From NCBI GenBank assembly GCA_007695365.1, contig REDV01000073.1, forward strand, positions 15,004-79,003: 64,000 bases of DNA, read 5' to 3'. The notes below the pieces were generated by a model that was not told the DNA's origin, made no database searches, and saw only the letters and a list, made by a program, of their open reading frames with translations. Numbering within the stretch: position 1 is the stretch's first letter; each line of letters opens with the position of its first letter. The stretch is from Cryomorphaceae bacterium (GTDB taxonomy: Bacteria; Bacteroidota; Bacteroidia; Flavobacteriales_D; SKUL01). A program made the translations under genes and the position numbers. Below, in pieces: positions 29,406 to 39,366 of this stretch.

Positions 29406-30266
29406 ATGAACAACGCAAGAAAGATTTTTTCGGCAGTGCTGCTTCTGAGTATAGGGATGCTTCCCTTCTCCATGCAGGCACAAACAGTTCTTGATGGTGC
29501 GTACATAAAAGAGCACACCAAGACCAAGAAAATCATCCAATACCCGCACCTGCGCGAGGCGGATGTAATGTGGTCCAAGCGAATATGGCGTACCATAGAG
29601 CTAAAAGAGAAAATCAATCACCCGTTGTACTTCCCTCACAATGAGATTAATGATCGCAAGAGCCTGTTTCAGGTGATTCGCGATGGCTTGATTGTAGAAG
29701 GCTCTATTACTGCTTATGACCCCGGGGTGACACTGGACGATGAGTTCAACGATCCCATGCTCATTTCTGAAGTGGAGGGAATCCTGGCCAAACTTGATAC
29801 GATGCTCGTACCTGATCCGGACGATTGGGACAAGATGATTGAAGTGATTCAACAAAATGATATCACACCCGATCAAATTGAGCGTTACCAAATCAAAGAA
29901 GACTGGTATTTCGATAAGCAGCGTTCCGAAATGTATGTGCGCATCATCGGATTGGCACCGCAAATCGCGGCTCTAACCCAGGATGGGGAGCGTACAGGGG
30001 CCTACAGAACTCTTTTCTGGCTCTACTTCCCGGAGTGCCGCTACCTGTTTTCTAACTGGGAAGTGTACAATCGCACCAATGATTCGGAACGCCGAACTTT
30101 TGATGATATCTTCATGAAGCGCCAGTTTTCGAGTTTCATACACAAGGAGCAAAATGTGTATGACAGGAGCATTGTGGAGTACGCCATTGGAATTGATGCA
30201 CTGCTTGAGTCTGAACGAATCAAGGAAGAACTCTTTCTGATGGAGCACGACCTATGGAATTTCTGA
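29406..30266 (+). CDS. gldN: T9SS/gliding periplasmic ring protein GldN (PorN)
   Basis: A signal peptide is present, the size is ~286 aa, and it is last in the gldKLMN order. It contains the KEDWYFDKQRS block. Confidence 0.85.
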   Translation: MNNARKIFSAVLLLSIGMLPFSMQAQTVLDGAYIKEHTKTKKIIQYPHLREADVMWSKRIWRTIELKEKINHPLYFPHNEINDRKSLFQVIRDGLIVEGSITAYDPGVTLDDEFNDPMLISEVEGILAKLDTMLVPDPDDWDKMIEVIQQNDITPDQIERYQIKEDWYFDKQRSEMYVRIIGLAPQIAALTQDGERTGAYRTLFWLYFPECRYLFSNWEVYNRTNDSERRTFDDIFMKRQFSSFIHKEQNVYDRSIVEYAIGIDALLESERIKEELFLMEHDLWNF

Positions 30267-30287
30267 TACAATCTATTTCTCACAAAG

Positions 30288-30318
30288 AAAAAAGCGCCCT
30301 TAACCCGGCGCTTTTTTC
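30288..30318 (+). terminator. Intrinsic terminator after gldN
   Basis: The stem AGCGCC (30293-30298) pairs with GGCGCT (30307-30312), followed by TTTTTT. Confidence 0.6.
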
Positions 30319-30338
30319 TTTGAATGTAATCAAGAGAC

Positions 30339-32291
30339 ATGTTTGGAGTTGGTAATGTAAGCTTACACTTTGGAGATCGTCCCATTTTTGATGGAATCTC
30401 CTTCCAGGTGAATGACCAGGACCGAATAGGTTTGGTAGGGCGAAACGGTGCAGGCAAATCTACCTTGCTCAAGCTTATGGCGGGCCTCATCAAGCCTCAG
30501 GAAGGCGATGTGGCGAGTTCCAGCGGATATACCATCGGCTACCTGCCCCAAGAGATTGACCACCACTCTGATCAATCTGTGATTCAGGCCGTGGCAGAAG
30601 CCCGACAGGAAGAGCAGCGATTATTGAGTCGAATCGCTGAGATTCAATCCGCATTCGATGCAGGAGTGGACGACATGGACAAGATGGCTGAGCTGCTGGA
30701 TGAGTTCAATTTGCTTAATGAGCGCTACCAACTGATTGGAGGCCAATCCTCCGAAGAGCTTATTGAGCGCGTGCTGAAAGGTCTGGGTTTTTCCCGGCAG
30801 GATTTTGATCGCTCACTCAACGAATTCAGCGGAGGTTGGAAAATGAGGGTTGAGTTGGCCAAGATTCTGGTTACTTCACCCGACTTGCTTCTGCTGGATG
30901 AGCCTACCAACCACCTCGATATTGAATCCATAGAGTGGCTGGAGGGGTTTTTGTCCAACTACAACGGATCGATGGTGCTCATCTCACACGACGTGGCTTT
31001 TCTGGACGCAGTGACCTCTCGCACCATTGAGATTGTAAACGGTAAAATCCGCGATTACAAAGCCTCCTATTCAGGTTTTCTGGAGCAGCGCGAAATCATC
31101 ATTGAAAAGCAGCGGCAGGAAGCCCGCAATCAGGAGCGCACGGTGCGCGAAACCGAGGCACTCATCAATAAATTCAGGGCCAAAAGTTCCAAAGCCTCCT
31201 TTGCTCAGTCGCTCATCAAAAAACTAGACCGCATGGAGCGGGTTGTTGTAGATGAAGACCAGCACGAATCGCTCAACCTTCGCTTTCCCGAAGCGCCAAG
31301 ACCCGGAAAAGTGGTGCTCCGGGCCAATGGCATCGGCAAGCAATACGGAAGTAAGCACCTGTTTGGTGATGTACAGCTTGAACTTGAGCGCGGCGAGAAA
31401 GTTGCACTCATCGGTAAGAACGGAATTGGTAAAACCACTTTGCTGCGCATTCTGGTGGGCGACGAAACACCGGATGACGGAGATGTAAACCTCGGACATC
31501 AGGTGCAAATGGGCTATTTTGCGCAGCACCAAACCACCACCCTCGATGAAAACCTCACGGTTTTTGAGGTGATCGATCAGGAGGCCACTGGTGAGATGCG
31601 CACGCGCATCCGAAGTTTGTTGGGGGCATTTCTGTTTAGTGGGGACGAGGTGTACAAAAAGGTAAAAGTGCTGAGCGGAGGAGAAAAATCAAGGCTGGCA
31701 CTTTGCAGGTTGATGCTCAAACCTTACAACCTTCTCATCATGGATGAGCCCACCAACCATCTCGATATTGACTCGAAAGATGTGTTGAAACAGGCGCTTC
31801 AACAATTTCCGGGCGCGCTGCTTATCGTGTCGCACGATCGACACTTTTTGCAGGGCCTTACCGATAAGCTTTTCGAAATTGAATCGGGAGGACTGAAAAC
31901 ACACTTAAAAGACATTCAGACTTTTTTGGCAGAGAAAAACGCTGCCAACATCGCCAATTATGAGCGGACTGCCAAAGCCAAAGCGGTGGATCCGGCAACA
32001 GAAAAAGGAAAGGCGGTGCATGGTGCACGCAGAAAAGAACTCGAAAAAGAAGTGAGGCGAATTAAGGGGCAGGTGCAAAAACTGGAGGGTAAAATCACCG
32101 AACTTGAAGAAAAACTTGCGGTGTTGAACCGCGAAAGTGCTGAGCTCGACTTTAGCAACCAGGAGGCGGTGAGGGCCAGCTTTGAAGAAATCACCTCGGT
32201 AAAAAATGCTCTTTCGCACTCAGAAGAAGAGTGGGCACAAGCCATAGAAAAACTGGAACAAGCAGAGCAACAGCTGAGTGAATCGCAATAA
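30339..32291 (+). CDS. ABC-F family ATPase (two ABC domains, no TM domain, C-terminal coiled coil)
   Basis: It has two Walker A sites (GRNGAGKST, GKNGIGKTT) and two signatures (FSGGWKMR, LSGGEKSR). The Lys/Glu-rich coiled C-terminus is Uup-like. Confidence 0.9.
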   Translation: MFGVGNVSLHFGDRPIFDGISFQVNDQDRIGLVGRNGAGKSTLLKLMAGLIKPQEGDVASSSGYTIGYLPQEIDHHSDQSVIQAVAEARQEEQRLLSRIAEIQSAFDAGVDDMDKMAELLDEFNLLNERYQLIGGQSSEELIERVLKGLGFSRQDFDRSLNEFSGGWKMRVELAKILVTSPDLLLLDEPTNHLDIESIEWLEGFLSNYNGSMVLISHDVAFLDAVTSRTIEIVNGKIRDYKASYSGFLEQREIIIEKQRQEARNQERTVRETEALINKFRAKSSKASFAQSLIKKLDRMERVVVDEDQHESLNLRFPEAPRPGKVVLRANGIGKQYGSKHLFGDVQLELERGEKVALIGKNGIGKTTLLRILVGDETPDDGDVNLGHQVQMGYFAQHQTTTLDENLTVFEVIDQEATGEMRTRIRSLLGAFLFSGDEVYKKVKVLSGGEKSRLALCRLMLKPYNLLIMDEPTNHLDIDSKDVLKQALQQFPGALLIVSHDRHFLQGLTDKLFEIESGGLKTHLKDIQTFLAEKNAANIANYERTAKAKAVDPATEKGKAVHGARRKELEKEVRRIKGQVQKLEGKITELEEKLAVLNRESAELDFSNQEAVRASFEEITSVKNALSHSEEEWAQAIEKLEQAEQQLSESQ

Positions 32292-32294
32292 AAA

Positions 32295-32327
32295 AGAGGT
32301 TGCTCAATATTGAACAACCTCTTTCTG
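32295..32327. terminator. Bidirectional intrinsic terminator between the ABC-F gene (+) and tRNA-fMet (-)
   Basis: The stem AGAGGTTG (32295-32302) pairs with CAACCTCT (32315-32322). It is flanked by AAAAA on one side and TTT on the other. Confidence 0.6.
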
Positions 32328-32329
32328 AG

Positions 32330-32402
<73 letters not shown>

Positions 32403-32509
32403 ATATATCTTCTTGATTTTGCGTCTTGTTTTCGTTAATCGAGGCCTCTTTTGGCTTTAAACGGAGTGCAAAGGTATATTTTGTTTCTTTGTTAACCAAA
32501 TTTCATGTT

Positions 32510-33382
32510 TTGAAACACCGCGCAGGATTTGTAAACATTATCGGGAAACCCAACGTGGGCAAGTCAACCCTGATGAATGCTGTTCTTGGCGAATCGCTCT
32601 CCATCATCACCCCAAAAGCCCAAACCACGAGGCATCGCATCATGGGCTTACTCAATCACCCCGATTACCAGATTGTGTTTTCCGATACTCCGGGTCTCCT
32701 CGCTCCGTCATATAAAATGCAGGAGCGGATGATGAATTTCGTGGAGCAGGCCTTTAGCGACGCCGATATAATCATCTATATCACGATACCGGATGAAGTC
32801 ATTGAAGAGGAATTGCGCGAAAGAATCAATTCGTTGGGAGTACCTGTGTTGGTTCTGCTCAATAAAATTGACACCAGTGACCAGGAAGCCGTTACCTCGG
32901 AAGTAGAAAAGCTTAAGGAATGGTTTCCCGACTCTACGGTGATGCCGGTTTCTGCGTTGCATCGCTTCAACCTTGATGCAGTCCTCGAATTTATCATTGA
33001 ATGGCTGCCTGAGCACCCGCCTTACTTCGATAAAGAATCGTTGTCCGACAGGCCTATGCGCTTCTTTATGTCTGAAATGATTCGCGAACAGATTTTTCTC
33101 CACTACCAAAAAGAAATACCGTACTCCGCACAAGTGGAGATCGAGAGCTTTAAGGAGTCCGAAGAGCTCATTCATATACGTGCCATTATATACGTGATGC
33201 GCCAATCGCAAAAAGGAATAGTGATTGGTCACAAGGGTGAGAAACTTAAAAAAGTAGGAACCGGTGCCCGAAAATCCATGGAGAAGTTTCTGGGCGCTAA
33301 AGTGTTTCTGGAACTGCATGTGAAAGTGGACGAAAACTGGCGCGACGAAAATCACAAACTCGATAAGTACGGATACCTCTAA
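32510..33382 (+). CDS. era: GTPase Era
   Basis: It has G1 [14 protein letters not shown] and NKID motifs and a C-terminal KH domain ([13 protein letters not shown]). There is no in-frame ATG before the G1 motif. The TTG at 32510 gives (M)[11 protein letters not shown] and ~291 aa, the usual Era N-terminus and length. The track start at 32426 is also TTG but lies 23 nt from the tRNA 5' end. Confidence 0.88.
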   Translation: MKHRAGFVNIIGKPNVGKSTLMNAVLGESLSIITPKAQTTRHRIMGLLNHPDYQIVFSDTPGLLAPSYKMQERMMNFVEQAFSDADIIIYITIPDEVIEEELRERINSLGVPVLVLLNKIDTSDQEAVTSEVEKLKEWFPDSTVMPVSALHRFNLDAVLEFIIEWLPEHPPYFDKESLSDRPMRFFMSEMIREQIFLHYQKEIPYSAQVEIESFKESEELIHIRAIIYVMRQSQKGIVIGHKGEKLKKVGTGARKSMEKFLGAKVFLELHVKVDENWRDENHKLDKYGYL

Positions 33383-33386
33383 CAAA

Positions 33387-34694
33387 ATGAGAAAAGTTGT
33401 AGCCATAGTAGGACGCCCCAATGTGGGCAAGTCCACTCTTTTTAACCGATTAACCGAGTCGCGCGATGCCATTGTTGATTCCGTGAGCGGAGTTACCCGC
33501 GACCGGCATTACGGCATTGCCGAATGGAATGGGGTGAGGTTTTCTGTGATTGATACCGGTGGGTACACCATCAATTCAGAAGATGTATTTGAACAGGCTA
33601 TTCGTCGTCAGGTAGAGCTTGCGGTAGAGGAATCGAATGTTATTCTTTACCTGGTGGATTGGCAATCGGGCATTACCGATTACGACGAGGCTATTGCACG
33701 GCTTCTCCGAAAATCAGGAAAAGAGGTGCTGCTGGTTTGCAACAAAATTGACTCGCCAGACAAGACTCCCCTTGCAGCCGAATTTTATTCGCTAGGGCTG
33801 GGAGAAGTGTACACCGTCTCAGCCGTGAATGGTGGAGGTACAGGTGATATGCTTGATGCCCTTGTAGAACTGCTCGGAAAGCCGGTTGCAGAGGAAGAAG
33901 ATCCGGATATTCCTCGTTTTGCCGTGGTGGGGCGTCCTAATGTGGGAAAATCATCACTCATCAACGCCCTTACCGGCGAAGACCGGAATATTGTGACCGA
34001 CGTGGCCGGAACCACGCGCGACACGATTGGCACCCGCTACCGCTCCTATGGATTCGACTTTCTTTTGATGGATACTGCCGGAATCCGCAAAAAAGCCAAG
34101 GTTCACGATGACCTGGAATTCTACTCAGTGATTCGCTCCATTCGGGCCATTGAAAGCAGTGATGTGTGCTTTCTGCTTATTGACGCGCTTGAAGGGCTGG
34201 AAAAGCAAGATCTCAATATCTTTTCCATGATCCTGAAAAATAAGAAGGGCGTTGTGATTCTGGTAAATAAATGGGATGTGTACGAAAAAGACCAGCACAG
34301 CACCCGAAAGCTTGAAGAGGAAATCCGCGAAAAGTTAGCCCCCTTTAACGACGTGCCCATATTGTTTGTGTCTGCTATCACCAAACAACGTATTCACAAA
34401 GCCCTCGAAACAGGAATTGAAGTGTTTCAGAACCGCAAACAGCGCATCTCAACCTCACGCCTGAATGATGTAATGCTCGAAATTATTGAACGCACACCTC
34501 CACCCGCAATTAAAGGAAAATACGTCCGCATCAAATACGTTACACAGATCCCAACACACGTGCCGAGCTTTGTGTTTTTCTGCAATCTTCCTCAGTATAT
34601 CAAAGACCCGTACAAGCGCTTTGTAGAAAACAAGCTTCGCGAAAACTTCTCATTTACAGGAGTTCCAATCAATGTCTTTTTTCGCCAGAAATAG
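33387..34694 (+). CDS. der: Ribosome-associated GTPase Der (EngA), tandem GTPase domains
   Basis: It has two G domains ([12 protein letters not shown] and [12 protein letters not shown]) plus a KH-like C-terminus. Confidence 0.95.
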   Translation: MRKVVAIVGRPNVGKSTLFNRLTESRDAIVDSVSGVTRDRHYGIAEWNGVRFSVIDTGGYTINSEDVFEQAIRRQVELAVEESNVILYLVDWQSGITDYDEAIARLLRKSGKEVLLVCNKIDSPDKTPLAAEFYSLGLGEVYTVSAVNGGGTGDMLDALVELLGKPVAEEEDPDIPRFAVVGRPNVGKSSLINALTGEDRNIVTDVAGTTRDTIGTRYRSYGFDFLLMDTAGIRKKAKVHDDLEFYSVIRSIRAIESSDVCFLLIDALEGLEKQDLNIFSMILKNKKGVVILVNKWDVYEKDQHSTRKLEEEIREKLAPFNDVPILFVSAITKQRIHKALETGIEVFQNRKQRISTSRLNDVMLEIIERTPPPAIKGKYVRIKYVTQIPTHVPSFVFFCNLPQYIKDPYKRFVENKLRENFSFTGVPINVFFRQK

Positions 34695-34747
34695 ACGTGG
34701 TGCGTTTCTGGAGAACGGAGAACTCTAACGTGTCTGATAAAACTGGA

Positions 34748-34819
34748 ATGATGATTGCTGTGTTTCTGATGCTCAGAACCATGCGATTTATGCCCGACTG
34801 TGGTGTAATGAGGATGTGA
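34748..34819 (+). CDS. Candidate 23-codon Met-rich mini-ORF (MMIAVFLMLRTMRFMPDCGVMRM)
   Basis: Seven ATG triplets occur in this intergenic stretch and all are in one frame. The ORF ends 19 nt before the ATG of the 714-aa gene. There is no independent evidence of translation. Confidence 0.25.
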   Translation: MMIAVFLMLRTMRFMPDCGVMRM

Positions 34820-34838
34820 AGAGCACCAAACACTACTT

Positions 34839-36983
34839 ATGCGGGCTTTTGTATCACAGGTGGTCCTACTTTTTTTTCTGCTTCCGGTTCACGGTCAGTA
34901 TTACCCGTTGCGCGATTTTGAATACACCTGGAAAGAAACCAACCCCACATCCATTCCGGTTCATGCCCGTTGGGAGAATCACCCTGCGGTAATCTTGAAA
35001 GATGAGCGACGGCTCTCAGTGAGAGGGCAGAAAAGCACACACATGTATGTATACCTGGAGAGAAAAATGAGGGTAAAGCTGCATAGTCGTGACGGTGAAC
35101 GCGTGCCTTTTCAAACTTTCAGACTGCCCGAGTCATGGGACCCGTTTTACGATGCCCGCAACTTGCCGCTGGAAAAAAGAGATGAGCGCCTCAGTGCAGA
35201 TTACCTCAATGTGCGCATGGTGTTTTTTGCCGCACGGAAAATCCTGCCCGGGGGGGGTACAGTTTCGGTTGATTGGACCGATCGTTTTGATACCGATAGA
35301 CTGGAAATTTATCAGCGGTCGGAGGTTCAGTTTCGTTATGTTTTTGATCTGTTGGGGTTGGCTCCCAACGATGAGATAGAGATTCACTTCAAGGTTGAGG
35401 TTCCGTACATTGACAACCCGATGCTTTTTAATTACCAGCGTATTTTTTTCCACCACAGCTATCCCATTCAGGAGCAGAGGCTTGAGGTAGTAATGCCCAA
35501 GCACAATATCAGCCTCATTACCGGTGTAAAACCCGACTCTGTCTATACCCGCAAACGCCGAACATCGCGTGTATGGCATCGCCATAATCTCAGTCCCTGT
35601 GTAAACGAACCCGGTATCAGACCCTCTCTTGACTTGCCTCACATCGTGGTGAGTCTCAATACCCAGAGCTTCAGGAACCGCACGCGGCATTATTTGTCAG
35701 ACCAGCTACTGCCATCTGATTACACGTACAAAACCCTGCTCAACAGAGAATCCAATGCGTTTTGGCTGTATCGCGTAGCTACACGGCGCATCGAGCTCGA
35801 TGCCCAAACCAAAAAGCTCAAACGCTTTATAGCCGGGCATACTTCCGATATTCCGGATGACCTTAACCTTGCAAAATTCGCGAGGTTGCATGAAGTCATT
35901 ACTGAAGACTTTTCGTTCAGTTGGGACGATGCATACTATGAAGAGCGTGACATGAGCCTCGAAAAAATGGGCTCTCAGGTCGAGCGCGGACAAATGCGCG
36001 ATATCAGCCGGTATAATCTCTACGCCAAAATGATCAATATGCTGGGCCTTTCTTACAATACGGCATATATGATGGATTCCAGAATCGGAACGATGACCAT
36101 ACCTTATCACGGCAATGTACTCTTTTCGGACTTTTCGTTTGCCATTCCAGACGACCAGAACATGCTGAATTTCTTTTACCCGAAACGCAACAGGTTTGGT
36201 TATGGTCCCAATGAATTCCCGTTTTACCTGGCAGGAACACCTGCTTTTTTGGTGAACTATGTGGACCTGCACTTTGAGGATGGGTATTTTCCGCCATTGG
36301 TTAACTTACCTGAAATGACCGATGAGAATTTCCGGCAAACCCGCTTGCATATGGAGATAGACACAAAGAACAGACGTGCCTCTGGTACGCTGGACGTTTC
36401 CTTGTCGGGTCAGTTTAGCACTTTAACGCGCTCATTGTTTGAGTTTGGGCGTATCGACAGTACCATTAACCCGGCCTATTCCAGAATTGTGCTGGACGGC
36501 CACGATGTGGAATGGTCAAATCTGGATCGAACAGAGTACAATCACTTTGCTCCTTTTGGCAGAAGGTATGAAGTGGATTTCAACTGGGTAGACGCCGGGC
36601 AGGCTTTGGGCGGGAATGCGTACGAACTGCCGCTATCTAACTGGTTCAATTTCGTTACATGGCGCGATTTTGATCGTTTTCCCAGGGTGCTTCCCTTTTA
36701 CCCCGATTTTGTGGGATGGGACGAATTCGTGGTTCACCTCAGCTTCGACCAACCAGTAGAGATCCTCAATCTTGATGAACTGGAGCGCACGGTTGAAAAC
36801 GATTTTGGCGAGTTTGCCGTGCAATTCACCAAAGAGCACCCCAATGAAATATCCATCCGGGCTTATCATTCCGTAATTGCTGAACAGGTACCTGCCAACC
36901 AGGCTGTACTTGTATCCCAGATCTACGGCTACATCCAAGACCTGAACAACGCCAGCTTAAAGTTGGGTTTCTTTCAGGACTAG
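34839..36983 (+). CDS. Hypothetical secreted 714-aa protein (possibly DUF3857/transglutaminase-like architecture, tentative)
   Basis: The signal peptide is [20 protein letters not shown]. The long uninterrupted ORF is beta-rich and aromatic-rich. A central block [23 protein letters not shown] resembles a transglutaminase-core helix with Met in place of the nucleophile Cys, by eye alignment only. Confidence 0.6.
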   Translation: MRAFVSQVVLLFFLLPVHGQYYPLRDFEYTWKETNPTSIPVHARWENHPAVILKDERRLSVRGQKSTHMYVYLERKMRVKLHSRDGERVPFQTFRLPESWDPFYDARNLPLEKRDERLSADYLNVRMVFFAARKILPGGGTVSVDWTDRFDTDRLEIYQRSEVQFRYVFDLLGLAPNDEIEIHFKVEVPYIDNPMLFNYQRIFFHHSYPIQEQRLEVVMPKHNISLITGVKPDSVYTRKRRTSRVWHRHNLSPCVNEPGIRPSLDLPHIVVSLNTQSFRNRTRHYLSDQLLPSDYTYKTLLNRESNAFWLYRVATRRIELDAQTKKLKRFIAGHTSDIPDDLNLAKFARLHEVITEDFSFSWDDAYYEERDMSLEKMGSQVERGQMRDISRYNLYAKMINMLGLSYNTAYMMDSRIGTMTIPYHGNVLFSDFSFAIPDDQNMLNFFYPKRNRFGYGPNEFPFYLAGTPAFLVNYVDLHFEDGYFPPLVNLPEMTDENFRQTRLHMEIDTKNRRASGTLDVSLSGQFSTLTRSLFEFGRIDSTINPAYSRIVLDGHDVEWSNLDRTEYNHFAPFGRRYEVDFNWVDAGQALGGNAYELPLSNWFNFVTWRDFDRFPRVLPFYPDFVGWDEFVVHLSFDQPVEILNLDELERTVENDFGEFAVQFTKEHPNEISIRAYHSVIAEQVPANQAVLVSQIYGYIQDLNNASLKLGFFQD
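35250..35257 (+). repeat. G8 homopolymer inside the 714-aa CDS (codons 138-140, PGGG)
   Basis: It reads directly as CCCGGGGGGGGT and is the longest G/C run I found in the window. A T8 run lies at 34870-34877 in the signal-peptide codons of the same gene. Confidence 0.9.
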
Positions 36984-38269
36984 AGCTTAAAAGCTTTGCG
37001 AAGTTTTTCTACGTAGTCCAGCTTTTCCCAAGTGAAGGTCTCAACCTTGAACTTCTTCTCTTTGTTGTTGGGAAGTTTAAAAGTCAGGGTTTTTTGCTCT
37101 GATTCACGCCCCATATGACCGTAGGCCGCTGTTTCGCGGTAAATGGGGTTTCTCAGTTTGAGGCGCTGCTCTATCTGGTATGGGCGCATATCAAAAATCT
37201 CTAAAAGCTTCTCGGCAATCTCACCATCTGTAAGGTTCACATGTGCCGTTCCGTAGGTGTTCACATATAGCCCCATGGGTTCAGCAATTCCAATGGCGTA
37301 GGCAACTTGAACAAGGGCCTCGTCGCACACACCGGCAGCTACCATGTTTTTGGCAATGTGGCGGGTGGCGTAGGCAGCAGAACGGTCAACTTTTGAGGGG
37401 TCTTTTCCGGAGAAGGCACCTCCTCCGTGGGCACCGCGGCCGCCATAGGTATCTACGATAATCTTGCGTCCGGTAAGGCCGCAGTCACCGTGCGGTCCTC
37501 CAATCACGAACTTTCCTGTGGGGTTTACGTGGTAGGTGATGTGCTCGTTAAAGAGACGCTTCAGGCGAGCGGGTAATTGACGCTTCACTCGTGCAATCAG
37601 ATGCTTCTCGATGTCTTCGCGAATCACTTTCTGCATCTCCTCCTCAGCTTTTCGAACGGAGACCTCCGAATTTGCCTTGGGAGCCACAAATTCATCATGT
37701 TGGGTTGAGATAACGATGGAGTCAATCTTCAACGGTTGGTGATCGTCGCCATAGAGAATGGTAACCTGTGCTTTGGCGTCGGGGCGGAGATAGGTCATTT
37801 GCTTGCCTTCCTTGCGAATAGCTGCCAACTCTTTGAGCAGGCTGTGCGCCAGTTCAATGCCAAGTGGCATGTAGTTGTCGGTTTCCTTACAGGCATACCC
37901 GAACATCATTCCCTGGTCACCGGCACCCTGCGATTCCGGATCATTGCGTTCAACACCGCGGTTAATATCGGCGCTCTGCTCGTGAATGGCCGAGAGAATT
38001 CCGCAGGAGTCCGCGTCAAATTTGTATTGGCTTTTGGTGTAGCCAATATCTCTGATTACATCGCGTACAATACTTTGAACATCCAGGTAGGCTGAAGATT
38101 TTACCTCTCCTGCAACAATGACCTGCCCTGTTGTTACGAGCGTTTCACAAGCCACTTTCGAGTCCTTGTCAAAGGCCATAAAGTGGTCAATCAGTGCGTC
38201 AGATATTTGGTCTGCAATTTTATCGGGGTGTCCTTCCGACACCGATTCGGAGGTAAAATAGTATGGCAT
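36980..38269 (-). CDS. metK: S-adenosylmethionine synthetase
   Basis: Motifs [26 protein letters not shown] and [19 protein letters not shown] are present. Confidence 0.97.
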   Translation of the reverse strand: MPYYFTSESVSEGHPDKIADQISDALIDHFMAFDKDSKVACETLVTTGQVIVAGEVKSSAYLDVQSIVRDVIRDIGYTKSQYKFDADSCGILSAIHEQSADINRGVERNDPESQGAGDQGMMFGYACKETDNYMPLGIELAHSLLKELAAIRKEGKQMTYLRPDAKAQVTILYGDDHQPLKIDSIVISTQHDEFVAPKANSEVSVRKAEEEMQKVIREDIEKHLIARVKRQLPARLKRLFNEHITYHVNPTGKFVIGGPHGDCGLTGRKIIVDTYGGRGAHGGGAFSGKDPSKVDRSAAYATRHIAKNMVAAGVCDEALVQVAYAIGIAEPMGLYVNTYGTAHVNLTDGEIAEKLLEIFDMRPYQIEQRLKLRNPIYRETAAYGHMGRESEQKTLTFKLPNNKEKKFKVETFTWEKLDYVEKLRKAFKL

Positions 38270-38305
38270 GTAGGCGTTTTTTAAGGTGCGCTAAAATAGG
38301 AAAAA

Positions 38306-38330
38306 GTAACAGAGGCGGAGTACGCCTCCG
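38306..38330 (-). terminator. Possible intrinsic terminator after gldA
   Basis: The stem GAGGCG (38312-38317) pairs with CGCCTC (38323-38328). On the minus strand it is followed, after 5 nt, by CTTTTT, so the geometry is only moderate. Confidence 0.4.
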
Positions 38331-38336
38331 ACAGGC

Positions 38337-39257
38337 TTAGTTAGTTTGCTCTACGTGCGTAAGCTGCTTGAAAATATCTTCGAGCTTCTGATGCTCAGCC
38401 TGCATACCCAGCACCGAGAGTTTGTGCTGTACCGCAAATTGAAAAAGGTCTTCTCTTAAATCCAGTTCGGGAGCATGACTGATGCGATACTGAAATCCAT
38501 CAACGTGTTCCACTCGCTGAACACCTTTCAGTTTTTTGAGATCACCCGAAGAAGTGAGAGCATTGAACTCAACCACCAAAACCTTCATCCGTGTAACGTT
38601 ACTCATAAGGACATTTACCGGGCTGTCGGCCACAATGTTACCGCGGTTGATAATAATCACCCGGTCGCAAATTGCCTCTACCTCCTGCATGATGTGGGTA
38701 GAAAGCATCACCGTTTTCTTTTCGCCGATGGTGCGAATCAGACTACGTATTTCAGACAGTTGGTTGGGGTCAAGTCCGCTGGTGGGCTCGTCAAGTATGA
38801 GCACTGCGGGGTCGTGAATCATTGCCTGTGCCAGGCCCACCCGTTGCCGGTAACCTTTGCTCAAGGCACCGATGGGTTTTTTTTGTTCGAGGGTAAGTCC
38901 AACCAGTTCAATCATCTCATCCGTGCGCTCGCGGGCATTTTTCACCTTGTACATGCCTGCCACAAAACGAAGGTACTCCTTTACATACATGTCAAGGTAC
39001 AGCGGATTGTGTTCGGGAAGGTATCCCACATTTCGCCGTGCTGCCTTCGAGTCTTCCATCACGTCATGGCCACACACCGATGCCGTTCCGGAAGTAGGAG
39101 GGATGTAGCCTGTGATGATTTTCATCATGGTTGATTTTCCCGCTCCGTTCGGCCCCAGAAAACCAACCACCTCGCCCGAGGCGATGTTGAAGCTCACATT
39201 GTTCAGGGCTAGTTGCTCTCCGTAGCGTTTACTTACTTCTTTAACTTCGATGGACAT
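38337..39257 (-). CDS. gldA: ABC transporter ATP-binding protein, GldA-like (gliding motility-associated)
   Basis: The N-terminus MSIEVKEVSKRYGEQLALNNVSFNIASGEVVGFLGPNGAGKSTMMKIITGYI matches my recollection of GldA-type N-termini. The signature LSKGYRQR and Walker B ILDEPTSGLD are present. No gldF/gldG permease genes are adjacent. Confidence 0.7.
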   Translation of the reverse strand: MSIEVKEVSKRYGEQLALNNVSFNIASGEVVGFLGPNGAGKSTMMKIITGYIPPTSGTASVCGHDVMEDSKAARRNVGYLPEHNPLYLDMYVKEYLRFVAGMYKVKNARERTDEMIELVGLTLEQKKPIGALSKGYRQRVGLAQAMIHDPAVLILDEPTSGLDPNQLSEIRSLIRTIGEKKTVMLSTHIMQEVEAICDRVIIINRGNIVADSPVNVLMSNVTRMKVLVVEFNALTSSGDLKKLKGVQRVEHVDGFQYRISHAPELDLREDLFQFAVQHKLSVLGMQAEHQKLEDIFKQLTHVEQTN

Positions 39258-39334
39258 AGGCTTGTGCTCAGAATCGTTGCGAAGATAGGATTAACCCTCA
39301 GTTCTTTCAGGGTGCCGCGGGCAAGATTTGTTAA

Positions 39335-39362
39335 TTGAATAGGATTGCAGTGCGTACTTTTG
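39335..39362 (+). promoter_or_regulatory. Candidate Bacteroidota-type promoter (TTG-N17-TACTTTTG) for rsgA
   Basis: The TACTTTTG box at 39355-39362 is an exact TAnnTTTG match, and a TTG lies at 39335-39337. The box ends only 4 nt before the rsgA ATG. Confidence 0.3.
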
Positions 39363-39366
39363 AGGA

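Noticed and set aside
38270-38336. Possible SAM riboswitch upstream of metK.
   Set aside because: The spacer is only 67 nt and is largely taken up by the hairpin that terminates gldA. That is too short for any SAM-riboswitch class, and I see none of the conserved cores.
38877-38884. T8 (A8 on the coding strand) homopolymer inside gldA. An A8 lies at ~50019-50026 downstream of lipA.
   Set aside because: A/T runs of this length are expected at this base composition. The gldA run encodes a Lys-Lys pair in a conserved essential-type ATPase, so there is no reason to invoke phase variation.
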